From the NCBI GenBank assembly GCA_964516975.1, contig CAZFAS010000002.1, positions 4,818 through 68,817 on the forward strand: DNA of 64,000 nt. Direction: 5' to 3'. The translations under genes and the position numbers were made by a program. This document shows positions 17,845 to 28,432 of this stretch, piece after piece; position 1 is the stretch's first letter; each line of letters begins with the position of its first letter. Origin of the DNA: an uncultured Candidatus Saccharibacteria bacterium. GTDB lineage: Bacteria; Patescibacteriota; Minisyncoccia; Phycocordibacterales; Zambryskibacteraceae. The notes beneath the pieces are model-generated. The model did no database searches, was not told the origin of the DNA, and saw only the letters and a program-made list of their open reading frames with translations.

Positions 17845-18369
17845 TTATTTGCTAAATTTTTTCTTATATATTTGCATTCCTTCGAGAAAACACTTCTCAG
17901 CTTCTTCTTTTCCTTTGAATCCTTTCACATGAACTTCCTTTTTTTGAATTTTCTTATAGGTACTAAAGAAATGATCCATCTCTTTGAGCGTGTGCTCGTT
18001 AATATTCTCAAGGTCTTTTACCTTGTCCCACCTTGGATCTGAAGTTGGAACAGCGATGATCTTGTCGTCTTCATCGCCAGAGTCATTCATGTTCATGATG
18101 GCTACTGGTCTCACTTGAACTAATATTCCAGGAACAAGTGGGTATGTTGAGAGTATAATTACATCAACTGGGTCACCATCGTGCCAGAGTGTCTGAGGGA
18201 CGAATCCATAATCATATGGATAGTCCTGAGCTGAGTGGAGTACTCGATCGAGGGTGATAAGTCCAGTTTTCTTGTCTATTTCGTATTTATTTTTTGAACC
18301 TTTATTGATTTCAACGATAACATTTATTGAATTCACTTCTCCAGGTTCAATATCATGCCATAGATTCAT
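17845..18369 (-). CDS. ppa: Inorganic pyrophosphatase (family I)
   Basis: NKYEIDK, LDRVL, YGFVPQT, DGDPVD, DDKIIAV. Confidence 0.95.
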   Translation of the reverse strand: MNLWHDIEPGEVNSINVIVEINKGSKNKYEIDKKTGLITLDRVLHSAQDYPYDYGFVPQTLWHDGDPVDVIILSTYPLVPGILVQVRPVAIMNMNDSGDEDDKIIAVPTSDPRWDKVKDLENINEHTLKEMDHFFSTYKKIQKKEVHVKGFKGKEEAEKCFLEGMQIYKKKFSK

Positions 18370-18379
18370 ATGTTTTGTA

Positions 18380-19555
18380 TTAGATTTGTTCTTCAGTAAT
18401 AAGAGGTTTTTCTTCCTTCGGTTCATCTTTCGATTCGGCTTCCGCCACAGTCTCTCCTTGGACTGATTGGATGTCTATCTTCCATCCTGTGAGTTTTGCT
18501 GCAAGGCGAACATTTTGTCCACCGCGTCCGATAGCGAGAGATTGCTGATCTTCAGACACTCTCACTTTCGCTTCTTTTGTCTCCTCGTTAATATCTACTG
18601 AAAGTATTTTCGCAGGGGATAGTGCATCCTCGATAAACTTCTTTGTGTCAGGTGACCATTCGATTATATCGATTTTTTCACCGCCGAGCTCACTCATAAC
18701 TGTTGATACACGCACTCCGCGCTGCCCAACCATGGATCCTACTGGATCTACATGGTCATCCTTTGAGAACGCAGCAATCTTACTGCGGAAACCTGCTTCA
18801 CGGGCAACAGCTTTCACTTCAACTGTGCCATTAGCAATTTCGGGAGTCTCTTGCTTAAAGAGCTCTTCAAGGAATTTTGGATGAGAACGAGAAAGTCTGA
18901 GGAATATCCCCCTTGGAGTTTCCTCTACACGGTAGAGATATGCTCGAACTCTTTCGCCTTGGCTAAATCGTTCGTTAGGGATTTGTTCTTCATACGGAAG
19001 TATTCCAGTTGCTCGTCCCATGTCTACGAAAATATTTCCTCTTTCGATTCTCTGTACCGTGCCAGTAACAATGTCACCCTCTCGCTCACCGAATTCAGAA
19101 AGTACAGATACTTTCTCGGCTTCTCGGATTTTCTGCATGATCACTTGCTTTGCTGTTTGAGATGCGATGCGACCGAAATCCGCTTTGTTTTCAAGTGGGA
19201 ATACGATTTCTTCGTCGAGAGTAGCACCTTTTTTGATCTTCTGAGCATCTTGGATCCAGATATGATGTTCTGGATTAAAGATAACTCGCTCGTCACCTTC
19301 TGCTCTTTCGACTTCTTCATCCTCGGGCACATCAATAACACGAGTGTCATCAACGACAATCTTTACTTGGAAGAAATCAGTCTTTCCGGTATTTAAATCA
19401 AATTTTGCACGGACAATCTGGCCGCGCTTGCCGTACTCTTTTTTGTACGCAGTTGCGAGAGCCATTTCTATCGCGTCAATTATTTTTTCTTTTGGAATTC
19501 CTCGTTCTTGTTCCATTTGGTCAAGAACTGAGTGAATTACTTTTAAGTCGAACAT
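18380..19555 (-). CDS. nusA: Transcription factor NusA
   Basis: FGRIASQTAKQ, S1 and KH domains, SLAIGRGGQNVRLAAKLTGWKIDI. Confidence 0.97.
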   Translation of the reverse strand: MFDLKVIHSVLDQMEQERGIPKEKIIDAIEMALATAYKKEYGKRGQIVRAKFDLNTGKTDFFQVKIVVDDTRVIDVPEDEEVERAEGDERVIFNPEHHIWIQDAQKIKKGATLDEEIVFPLENKADFGRIASQTAKQVIMQKIREAEKVSVLSEFGEREGDIVTGTVQRIERGNIFVDMGRATGILPYEEQIPNERFSQGERVRAYLYRVEETPRGIFLRLSRSHPKFLEELFKQETPEIANGTVEVKAVAREAGFRSKIAAFSKDDHVDPVGSMVGQRGVRVSTVMSELGGEKIDIIEWSPDTKKFIEDALSPAKILSVDINEETKEAKVRVSEDQQSLAIGRGGQNVRLAAKLTGWKIDIQSVQGETVAEAESKDEPKEEKPLITEEQI

Positions 19556-19712
19556 ACAATTTTATGAATGATAATGAATAAAAATTTAGTATCCACCTAA
19601 TTTTTTGCAAAGCAAAAATTTTGGCGGATTAAGAAAAATATAGTCGCTTCGCTCTGTATTTTTCTAAAAAAATTAGCCCGCCTTTCGGGCGAACTTCCAT
19701 AACACTACATAT

Positions 19713-19740
19713 AGTATACACGATTTACTTTTTTTGTCAA
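19713..19740 (-). promoter_or_regulatory. nusA promoter
   Basis: TTGACA-16-TATACT on the minus strand. Confidence 0.6.
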
Positions 19741-19833
19741 ACTAGAGGCGTTTTAACCTTGAGGATAGCGATAGAAACGCCCCCCACACACATAGTGTAT
19801 GGGGGGCGCGTTCTAAAGAACGCACAACATTTC

Positions 19834-21444
19834 TTACTGGTACCCTACAACCTCCCGAGGAAGGCCGAGCATGAGAACCCTTTCACCCTGATGCGACTCA
19901 GCAAGGCTGAATTTTGCATGAGTGGAACGAAGTTTCTCACTAACAGCCTCGAAAAGCTCCATGTAGCCAACGTCAGTATCTGTAGCCTTGTTCATACTCA
20001 TACCAATTTTTGCCAAGTCACAACCTGACGCCATGTTCGTTCTCCAGCTACAAGTGTGGCCAAAACCCATGATGTGATATAGCTCATGACCATTTCCTTC
20101 TTGGGTCATGAACAGGGTATGTTGGAAATTAAGAATCCCTCCAACAATATCAGGGTATCCTTTTGGTCCCGCAGTAGCTGCACGGACAAAGTTGCTATTC
20201 ACTACGACAGTAATACCACTGTTACCTGAAAAACTAGAAAGATTACCTGGTGTAAAGAAATGGATACCACGAACTTTTTCTAAGCTATCAACGATGTTAC
20301 GGAAGAATCCAATAGAATCAATTGGTTCATTCGACGCATTTCTGTCGAACCCAATAGCAATGGGACGGCTATTGGACGAAATTGTTCCGATTGAATACTG
20401 CCATGTATTCGTTGCTGAGTTCAAATTGCGGTGGAAAAAGGAAGCATCTCCTGGACCCGCAGGTGTGTAAGCGAGATCAAGGCTAATTGATACAGCTTGA
20501 CCTGCATACATACCACGCTCGATTGTCCACGAACGGGGGATCCTCACTACATCCACACTCTTTGAGAAGTCTTTTCTCATGAGTGGGATAAGAGTTGGGA
20601 AGCAGGAACGATGAGTTGTATCCTTTGCATCGACAACCACATCAACCGAGTCTTCAAGAGAAATCCATGAAGCATTTACGGTAAATGAGCCGTCAGACTT
20701 CACATCGCTTGAGTCAATCTGGTAACCACTTTTTACATAAACGCGCGAATCTGTAAGGCAGGCGCTGTTTTGTTTCAGGTTAAACAGTGTTCCGGTGATA
20801 ACACTTGCCGGGATAACCGCAATGGTTACCTCAGCAGTTGCAGAACTAATCTCACCGTTACAGGTGAGAACATACTTTACTGTTCCAACTACGCTTGGTG
20901 TGACCACCTCATCTCCACTCATTGATGCTGAGACGCGAGCAGGTGTCCAAGAGTTGGACGCAGAGCTCGCATTCTCACAAGAGTGTGTGAGGGTTACACT
21001 CTGACCAAGTACGACGGTGTCTGCAGATGCCTTAAGAAAGGCTTTTACAGGATCGACAAACTTGACTGCTACAGCCGCAACATCTTGACCGAGTTTTCCA
21101 GTACATGTCAGCGTAAAGTTGACGATACCAGATGTTGGCGAAGATGCCTCAGCTGAGCCATTTGCCGGGAGGCTTGCATTAGACCAAGATCCGTTGCAAG
21201 CATCCGCATTCTTACTTTGCCAGTTGAGTGTAACTTTCGCTGAAACAGTAGTGATCGTAACGTTCGAGGAGAACGAAGCGATCGAAGGTGGTGCTGGAGG
21301 TGGGGGAGGTGGTTCGGTTGTACCGGTAACCTTACTTCCACCACCGCATGCAGTGAGAAGGAGCACGATGGTAATCCCCATCGTGACCTTCAATTGGGTA
21401 ACCGCGAGGGCTACCCGATTGCTGATACGATTCGGGGTAAACAT
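19834..21444 (-). CDS. Putative lipoprotein with Ig-like repeats and C-terminal metzincin-type domain
   Basis: Lipobox LLTA-C-GGG, poly-Pro linker, two Cys-paired beta repeats, HELYHIMGFGH motif; SD AGGAGG. Confidence 0.7.
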   Translation of the reverse strand: MFTPNRISNRVALAVTQLKVTMGITIVLLLTACGGGSKVTGTTEPPPPPPAPPSIASFSSNVTITTVSAKVTLNWQSKNADACNGSWSNASLPANGSAEASSPTSGIVNFTLTCTGKLGQDVAAVAVKFVDPVKAFLKASADTVVLGQSVTLTHSCENASSASNSWTPARVSASMSGDEVVTPSVVGTVKYVLTCNGEISSATAEVTIAVIPASVITGTLFNLKQNSACLTDSRVYVKSGYQIDSSDVKSDGSFTVNASWISLEDSVDVVVDAKDTTHRSCFPTLIPLMRKDFSKSVDVVRIPRSWTIERGMYAGQAVSISLDLAYTPAGPGDASFFHRNLNSATNTWQYSIGTISSNSRPIAIGFDRNASNEPIDSIGFFRNIVDSLEKVRGIHFFTPGNLSSFSGNSGITVVVNSNFVRAATAGPKGYPDIVGGILNFQHTLFMTQEGNGHELYHIMGFGHTCSWRTNMASGCDLAKIGMSMNKATDTDVGYMELFEAVSEKLRSTHAKFSLAESHQGERVLMLGLPREVVGYQ

Positions 21445-21654
21445 AGCTCCTCCTGTGAGGTCTCCAAATGAAATGTTGTGTCAAGGTACTTCTATTGACA
21501 GTATACCCAATGGTTCGGTGGAATAAAAGGGGTTGCCCTTGATTTTGTGAATAAGCTGTGTATAGCAAGTTATGACATTTCTTACTTATGCTACAATAGA
21601 AGGAAATCAAAAAGCATTCGCTTTTGGTACTTTTAATATTAATTTTTCAAAACC

Positions 21655-22206
21655 ATGCCACCACAGGGAACAATGCAAAATAATTCACAAGATACAGGGA
21701 ATAACAAAATTATTGTGTTAGCAATAGTTTTCATTCTTTTGCTCGTAGGCGCTTTTTATTTTTTAAGTATGAAAAAGACTCCTGCTCCAGTTCAAAATAC
21801 TGGTACAACGGGTACTGAACAAAATAATACTGGATTGACACAAGAAAAGGTTGAAATAAAAAAGACGAGTCTCATGACAGGGAATGAGGCAAATAAGCTT
21901 CCAAAAGGTTTTCCAACTGATCTTCCAGTGGATACCACAAACGTCGTTGAAAGTTATGTAGCAGAATATCCAAATAGAAACTTAACGCAGTATACGCTTG
22001 CTTTCTTAACGACAAAGTCTGTTAAAGAGGAAGTAACCACGTATGTTTCAGCAATAGAAAAAGCAGGGTACGCTTTTACAGCTGATGGAAAAGATCTTGT
22101 GCATGGATACTTGAATGCAAAAAAGGGTAAGACCACGGTGTCTGTAGTTGTTGGAACTTCTAATTCTAAAACGATAGTAAATATTACCTACTCAGTTGAA
22201 AAATAA
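21655..22206 (+). CDS. Hypothetical membrane-anchored protein
   Basis: N-terminal TM; LPKGFPTDLP motif. Confidence 0.7.
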   Translation: MPPQGTMQNNSQDTGNNKIIVLAIVFILLLVGAFYFLSMKKTPAPVQNTGTTGTEQNNTGLTQEKVEIKKTSLMTGNEANKLPKGFPTDLPVDTTNVVESYVAEYPNRNLTQYTLAFLTTKSVKEEVTTYVSAIEKAGYAFTADGKDLVHGYLNAKKGKTTVSVVVGTSNSKTIVNITYSVEK

Positions 22207-22219
22207 TTTATACAGTACA

Positions 22220-25200
22220 ATGCACAAAATATTCAAAAAAAAGACTTTCTCTCGGATTGCACTTGCTGTGGTGGCACTTGCTCTCTTTGGGTCTGTGTAT
22301 GGGGTACAGCCAAAAAAAGCAGAGGCAATTGGCTGTAATGCTAATTCTATTACATCATTTACAACAAGTCCTACTTCAGGACCAGCTTGGTCAACGGTAA
22401 CAATTAGTTGGAATATTACACCAGGATGCGTAGTAGCGTATCTCGATCTTAATCCTCTTGCAGGTCCAGGAGCTCATAATTATGTATTAGTAAATGAAAC
22501 AAGCGGTACCTATTCGCAGGTATTGTCAGGTCCACCTGAAGTGTATGAAATTCGTGCATATTTGAACGATCCTGGAATTGGGGCTGTTGAGTTTACAACA
22601 CCAGATGATTCTCAGCAGGTGACAGTAAGTAATTCAGGAAGCGCTTTACCACCACCGAGTCCAGCATGTACATCAGGTACTCCAAGGGTAACTATAAACT
22701 GGAATCCGGCAAAAAATTCCATGGGGAATTATGGCCCTTATACTATCTGGAGAGACGGTTCGATTATTGCATCTGGTGTTACGGGTACTACGTATACAGA
22801 CAATGGCCCGCTCTCTTTCAGCACAACATATACTTACACTGTTACACCTTCTCCAAATATTTATTATAACTTTCAGCAATCTACAGTAACTACACCTGCT
22901 TCTTGTCCAGCATCTCCTGCAACGATTACTGTTACACAAACACCGGTGAGTGGTGGGACATGGAATATAACACCAGGGAATTATACTTCTACTTCAAATA
23001 CGGTTAATCCTGCATCCGGTGGCACAACATATACATTAACTTCAAACTCAGTACCAAGTGGATATACTCTTGGCTCGATTACTAATAGTGTAACTGGTTC
23101 CTCTGCATCCTTCGTTGGAATGCCAGGTGGTAGTTATAATTACACTATAAATTATACTCCAATCGCATCAGGGCCAAGCGTGGACATGCTGGCAAATGGA
23201 TTGTTACCTGGAAAAGGCGGAACAATCTCCCTTGCATACGGCCAATCACTTGATCTTTCTTGGACATCAACGAATGCAACACTCTGTACAACTGGTGCGC
23301 CAATGAATTCTGGTGTAAATGTGAATGGATCATCGGGAACCATGGCATATGGTCATCCGCATTATCCAGTTGCTCCATCAACCACATATTCTATTACATG
23401 TACAAATGGTGTTCCAAGTGATACTGATACTGTCACTGTGCAAGTTCCTCCAAATCCTCCAACTGGTTTTTCTGCTAGTGCTTCTGTGTCCTGTGGTAAT
23501 AATGCTGTAACACTTACATGGAGTGCTTCAGTTGGGGCATCAAGTTATAAAGTATATCGTAGTATTACATCAGGAAGTGGGTATGGGTTAATTGCATCTA
23601 ATATTGCTGGAACTTCATACACCGATTCTACTGGAACATCAAATACTACCTATTATTATGTTGTTCAGGCAGTAGATGCGGCTGGATCTTCTGGTAATTC
23701 TGCCGAAGATAGCGTAACGACCCCAGCTGCTTGTCCTCCAGTTCCAGTGGTTACTATCACCGCGAACCCTACCAGTGGAACAGTAAACGCAGTTAATCCA
23801 GCGCTTACTTGGAGTGCAACAAATGCTCCAACAAGTTGTACAGCAAGCGGAGATTGGTCTGGCGCAAAATCAGTAACTGGTACAAATGTATTTCAGGGAA
23901 CACTTACGCAAATAAAAACATATACATATACACTCGTATGTACGAATGCGGGTGGAAGTAGCGCACCTGCCAGCGCTAATGTTGTAGTTTCAGCAGCAGG
24001 TAATTCTTCTCCAACAGCAAATGCTGGTCCAGATAAAGCTATTACTCTTCCAACAACATCATCAGCCCCAACTGGTACATCAGCAACAGATTCTGATGGG
24101 TCAATAAGTAGTACGGTATGGTCATTTGTTTCTGGTCCTGTAACTCCAACCATTACAAATGGTAGTACTCTTACTCCAACATTTACCAATATGACTGTTG
24201 CAGGTACGTATGTATTCAGACTTACAGCAACTGATAATCTTGGTGCAACCGGGTCGGACACGATGCAGGTAACGGTAAGTGCAGCACCAGTTCCAGTGGT
24301 AACAATCACCGCAAATCCAACGAGTGGAACGGTAAATGTGGTAAATCCTTCGCTAACATGGACGGTAACAAATTCACCAACAAGTTGTACAGCAAGCGGT
24401 GATTGGTCTGGCGCTAAGGCAACATCAGGTACCAATGTATCTCAGGGAGTGCTAACTCAAGTAAGGACGTATACATTTACACTTACTTGTGCAAATGGAA
24501 GTGGTAGTGGTACGCCAGCGAGTGCAACAGTTGTTGTGTCAGCGGCTACTACCGCATCAATTACAGTAAATCAGACAGGTCAAACTACAGGTACTTGGAG
24601 TATTAATGGGGGAGTCCTTACTGGTACTGGCGCTACAGCAATTCGAACTGTAACCCCAGCAGCATGTGCAGGGGGGACAAATTATACAATCACTCCTGCC
24701 ACAATATCTGGGTATACATATGCTGTAACACCAGCATCGACCCTTAATGTATGTCCAGGTGGATCTATTACATTTAATGTTGCGTATTCAGCAAGTTTTG
24801 ACTACTCAGTATCAAATGGGGGGCCGGTAACACTAACTGCAGGAGGATCAAGTGGTCAGACTACTGTCACAAAGACCCTTGTATCAGGCACCTCTCAGTC
24901 TATTAATGACACAGTGAGTGGTGTTCCAGCAAATGTAAATGTAAGCTACACCGCAAATCGTGATTGTTTGCCAACATGTACAGATACAGTGACGTTTACT
25001 GCATTATCAAGTGCTGTTGCCGGAACATATCCTATTACCATCACAACATCTGGAGGTGGTATCGGAAATAAAACAAGCTCGTTTAACTTGGTAATAAATC
25101 CTGCTGCAACTGTTACACTTGTATCAAATCCTTCAGGAAATGCAGTGGTAGGGCAGACAGTTACATGGACAGCAAGCCCAAGTGGATGTACTTCATATAC

Positions 25201-25375
25201 ATGGAGTGGTACCGATATTCCTGGTGGATCAACTGGCGGAAATAATACATACTCGTTCACGTATCAGTCTACTGGTGCGAAGACGGTTAACGTAACAGCT
25301 GTGTGTTCAAGCGTTTCAATTCCAGCAAGTGGAAACATCTTAATCGGTGTAAATCCAAAGATTATAGAGTTTTAA
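22220..25375 (+). CDS. Large secreted surface protein (FN3/PKD/Ig-like domains)
   Basis: Signal peptide (AEA); FN3 (LTWSAS.GASSYKVYR..YYYVVQAV), PKD-like (PTANAGPD..DSDGSI), T/S/G-rich. Confidence 0.85.
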   Translation: MHKIFKKKTFSRIALAVVALALFGSVYGVQPKKAEAIGCNANSITSFTTSPTSGPAWSTVTISWNITPGCVVAYLDLNPLAGPGAHNYVLVNETSGTYSQVLSGPPEVYEIRAYLNDPGIGAVEFTTPDDSQQVTVSNSGSALPPPSPACTSGTPRVTINWNPAKNSMGNYGPYTIWRDGSIIASGVTGTTYTDNGPLSFSTTYTYTVTPSPNIYYNFQQSTVTTPASCPASPATITVTQTPVSGGTWNITPGNYTSTSNTVNPASGGTTYTLTSNSVPSGYTLGSITNSVTGSSASFVGMPGGSYNYTINYTPIASGPSVDMLANGLLPGKGGTISLAYGQSLDLSWTSTNATLCTTGAPMNSGVNVNGSSGTMAYGHPHYPVAPSTTYSITCTNGVPSDTDTVTVQVPPNPPTGFSASASVSCGNNAVTLTWSASVGASSYKVYRSITSGSGYGLIASNIAGTSYTDSTGTSNTTYYYVVQAVDAAGSSGNSAEDSVTTPAACPPVPVVTITANPTSGTVNAVNPALTWSATNAPTSCTASGDWSGAKSVTGTNVFQGTLTQIKTYTYTLVCTNAGGSSAPASANVVVSAAGNSSPTANAGPDKAITLPTTSSAPTGTSATDSDGSISSTVWSFVSGPVTPTITNGSTLTPTFTNMTVAGTYVFRLTATDNLGATGSDTMQVTVSAAPVPVVTITANPTSGTVNVVNPSLTWTVTNSPTSCTASGDWSGAKATSGTNVSQGVLTQVRTYTFTLTCANGSGSGTPASATVVVSAATTASITVNQTGQTTGTWSINGGVLTGTGATAIRTVTPAACAGGTNYTITPATISGYTYAVTPASTLNVCPGGSITFNVAYSASFDYSVSNGGPVTLTAGGSSGQTTVTKTLVSGTSQSINDTVSGVPANVNVSYTANRDCLPTCTDTVTFTALSSAVAGTYPITITTSGGGIGNKTSSFNLVINPAATVTLVSNPSGNAVVGQTVTWTASPSGCTSYTWSGTDIPGGSTGGNNTYSFTYQSTGAKTVNVTAVCSSVSIPASGNILIGVNPKIIEF
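23738..24547 (+). repeat. Intragenic ~260-bp domain duplication
   Basis: PVPVVTITANPTSGTVN...SCTASGDWSGAK...VVVSAA at 23738-23998 and 24287-24547. Confidence 0.85.
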
Positions 25376-25441
25376 AAAATAGAAAAATGTTTTATAACAA
25401 AAATCCTCTCACACAGAGGATTTTTGTTTGCTATACTATGT

Positions 25442-27211
25442 ATGAATAGTTCTCGTATGCTAATACAAGAAACACAACTTAAAGAATTTATCTTGGACTC
25501 AGGTCTTGTATCCAGAGCTCAGGTTGAAGCTGCAGAAAAGGAGTCAAAAGAAAAAGGTATTAGTGTCGGGAAAATCCTCGTTGATAAGGGAAACATTACT
25601 GAAGATGACTTGAGAAGAATGCAAGCATACATTCTCGGTATTCCATTTGTAGATCTCAAAGGCCAACATATAGATTTTGAAGTACTCTCTCTTGTCCCAG
25701 AGCCAATTGCTCGAAACCATAATATAGTCGCATTTCGAAAAAATGGAGAATCTCTTGAGGTAGCAATGCTTGATACTGATGATTTGACCGCCATTGATTT
25801 TGTAAGAAAAAAGACAGGACTCAAGATTCTCCCTCGACTAACAGATAGTGAGTCTGTAAAAAGTGCTCTGCTTTCTTATCAAAAAAGTCTTAAAGCCGAA
25901 TTTGGAGATATCATTCAAAAAGAGGCGAGCTCACTCAAAGAAGTGCAGGAAAAGGATAGTGATGAAGTGGCGAGTGAAGATGATTTGAAAAAACTTGCCG
26001 AAGATATCCCTGTTGTTCGTATTGTCGATACGCTTTTAAAACACGCAATTATCCAAGATGCTTCTGATATCCACATTGAGCCAATGGAAAATCAGGTCTT
26101 AGTTCGCTATCGAATCGATGGGTTACTTCATGATGCTATGGTTCTTCCAAAAAACGTTGCTGGAGGAATTACTGCAAGAATTAAAGTGCTTTCAAGTATG
26201 AAGCTTGATGAAAAAAGAATTCCACAAGACGGAAGATTTAAGATCGATATGAATGGAGAAAAAGTTTCATTTCGTGTTTCTACTCTTCCAACTTACTATG
26301 GAGAGAAAACAGTAATGCGATTACTTCGAGAGGGAGTATCTGGTTTTACGCTTGAAGGTTTAGGCTTCCATGGTGAAGAATTGGAGAAACTTCATAATGC
26401 GACGAAGCTTGCAAACGGAATGATTCTTACAACAGGTCCTACTGGATCTGGAAAAACTACTACGCTCTATACAATTTTGGATATTTTAAATACCCCAGAT
26501 GTAAATATCTCTACAATTGAAGATCCAATTGAGTATCAGATGAAGAGAGTGAACCAAACTCAGGTAAAGCCAGAGATAGGTTTTACTTTTGCCAATGGGC
26601 TTCGAACACTCGTACGACAAGACCCAGATATTATTATGGTGGGAGAAATTCGTGACACAGAAACGGCTGCCCTTGGTGTGAATGCAGCGCTTACAGGTCA
26701 CCTTGTGCTTTCATCACTTCATACAAATTCTGCAGCAGGAACTATTGCACGTCTCATTGATATGAAAATTGAGCCTTTCCTATTAACCTCAACACTTTCA
26801 GTAATAATTGCTCAAAGACTTATTCGAAGACTTTCTGATACGAAAGAAAAAGTAAAAATATCGAAAGAAGAGATAGCTGCACTTGGGAAAATTGTCGATC
26901 TTGATCGTGTTATGAAGGCATTAAAAGATGAAAAGATTGTAGATAAAGATGCGAAGTGGGAAGGGCTTTCAATTTATAAGCCTAAACCAAGTGCAGATTC
27001 GGAGGATGGATATAAAGGAAGAATAGGAATACATGAGGTGTTTAAAGTGAGTCCAGCAATAAAAGATTTAATCATAAAAGCAGCAACTACAGCAGAGATC
27101 GAAGAGCAAGCAAAGAAGGAAGGAATGCTCACGATGCTTGAGGACGGAGTATTTAAGGTTGTGCAAGGTATCACAACAGTTGAAGAAGTTCTCCGTGTCG
27201 TTTCAGAATAA
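25442..27211 (+). CDS. pilB: Type IV pilus assembly ATPase PilB/GspE
   Basis: ASDIHIEP, PQDGR, GPTGSGKTT, TIEDPIEY, RQDPDIIMVGEIRD, TGHLV.SSLHTN. Confidence 0.93.
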   Translation: MNSSRMLIQETQLKEFILDSGLVSRAQVEAAEKESKEKGISVGKILVDKGNITEDDLRRMQAYILGIPFVDLKGQHIDFEVLSLVPEPIARNHNIVAFRKNGESLEVAMLDTDDLTAIDFVRKKTGLKILPRLTDSESVKSALLSYQKSLKAEFGDIIQKEASSLKEVQEKDSDEVASEDDLKKLAEDIPVVRIVDTLLKHAIIQDASDIHIEPMENQVLVRYRIDGLLHDAMVLPKNVAGGITARIKVLSSMKLDEKRIPQDGRFKIDMNGEKVSFRVSTLPTYYGEKTVMRLLREGVSGFTLEGLGFHGEELEKLHNATKLANGMILTTGPTGSGKTTTLYTILDILNTPDVNISTIEDPIEYQMKRVNQTQVKPEIGFTFANGLRTLVRQDPDIIMVGEIRDTETAALGVNAALTGHLVLSSLHTNSAAGTIARLIDMKIEPFLLTSTLSVIIAQRLIRRLSDTKEKVKISKEEIAALGKIVDLDRVMKALKDEKIVDKDAKWEGLSIYKPKPSADSEDGYKGRIGIHEVFKVSPAIKDLIIKAATTAEIEEQAKKEGMLTMLEDGVFKVVQGITTVEEVLRVVSE

Positions 27212-27216
27212 TTTTT

Positions 27217-28431
27217 ATGGCACATTTTACATACAAAGCAGTAAATAGTAGCGGGCAGTCGTATGAAGGCGAAATGGAAGCGCAGGATAGATTTGTAGTG
27301 TACCGAAAGATTCGTAGCGAAGGTGGTTCGGTTGTTTTTGTAAATGAAGTTAAAAAAAGGACTTTATTTGATGGAAAGTTTTCAAATATGTTTGGCTCAA
27401 TAAAGGCCATTGAGAAAATAACTTTTGCAAGAAACCTTGGTTCTATGATAGAGGCAGGACTTTCAGTAACTCGAGCGCTTACTGTGATGGAGAAGCAATC
27501 AAAGAACAAAAAACTTAAGGCGATTTTGAATAGTTTGAATGAGAATATTAGTAAAGGGCAAAGCTTAAGTGATGGAATGAAGGAGTACCCTAAGGAATTT
27601 TCTCAGTTGTTTGTTTCAATGGTCAAGGCGGGAGAGGAAAGCGGCAATCTTGCCGGGTCTCTTAAGGTTATTGCAATCCAGATGGATAAGTCGTATGCGC
27701 TAAGTAGAAAAGTGAAAGGTGCTCTCATCTATCCAGCGGTAATTTTCTCAGTAATGGTTGTTATTGGTGTGCTGATGATGGTCTATATGGTACCTACACT
27801 TACTGCAACTTTTAAAGGGCTTGGCGTTGATTTACCACTTTCTACGCGTATCGTCATCGGGATTAGTGATTTTTTGAGAAATCATTTTCTTATTGTATTT
27901 TTGGCCGTTGTGGCGGTGATAGTCACCATTGCAGCACTTCTAAAAACGAAAGCGGGTAGTAGAGCATTTGATTACTTCATCCTTCATTTGCCAGTCATTG
28001 GAACGATAGTGAAGGAGGTTAATTCTGCACGAACAACACGAACACTCTCTTCACTTCTTTCGTCCGGTGTAGATGTTGTTGTTGCTCTTGGTGTGACAGA
28101 GGAGGTAATTCAGAATAGTTTTTATAAGGAAGTATTGGGTAAGGCACATGAAAATATCCAGAAAGGGGATCCTATTTCAGCAGTGTTTATTGAGCACGAA
28201 AATCTATACCCAATATTTGTTGGTGAAATGATGAATGTGGGAGAAGAGACAGGAAAAATGGCAGACATGCTACTAGGTGTCGCTGCATACTATGAAGATG
28301 AGGTTGATCAAAAAACAAAGGATATGTCCACAATCATTGAACCTGTGCTCATGGTAATTATTGGTATAGCGGTTGGTATATTTGCGATTTCAATGCTTGC
28401 GCCTACGTATTCATTGGTTGACAAAATCTAG
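27217..28431 (+). CDS. pilC: Type IV pilus platform protein PilC/GspF
   Basis: AGEESGNL, ALIYP, GEETG, IIEP motifs. Confidence 0.93.
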   Translation: MAHFTYKAVNSSGQSYEGEMEAQDRFVVYRKIRSEGGSVVFVNEVKKRTLFDGKFSNMFGSIKAIEKITFARNLGSMIEAGLSVTRALTVMEKQSKNKKLKAILNSLNENISKGQSLSDGMKEYPKEFSQLFVSMVKAGEESGNLAGSLKVIAIQMDKSYALSRKVKGALIYPAVIFSVMVVIGVLMMVYMVPTLTATFKGLGVDLPLSTRIVIGISDFLRNHFLIVFLAVVAVIVTIAALLKTKAGSRAFDYFILHLPVIGTIVKEVNSARTTRTLSSLLSSGVDVVVALGVTEEVIQNSFYKEVLGKAHENIQKGDPISAVFIEHENLYPIFVGEMMNVGEETGKMADMLLGVAAYYEDEVDQKTKDMSTIIEPVLMVIIGIAVGIFAISMLAPTYSLVDKI

Positions 28432-28432
28432 G

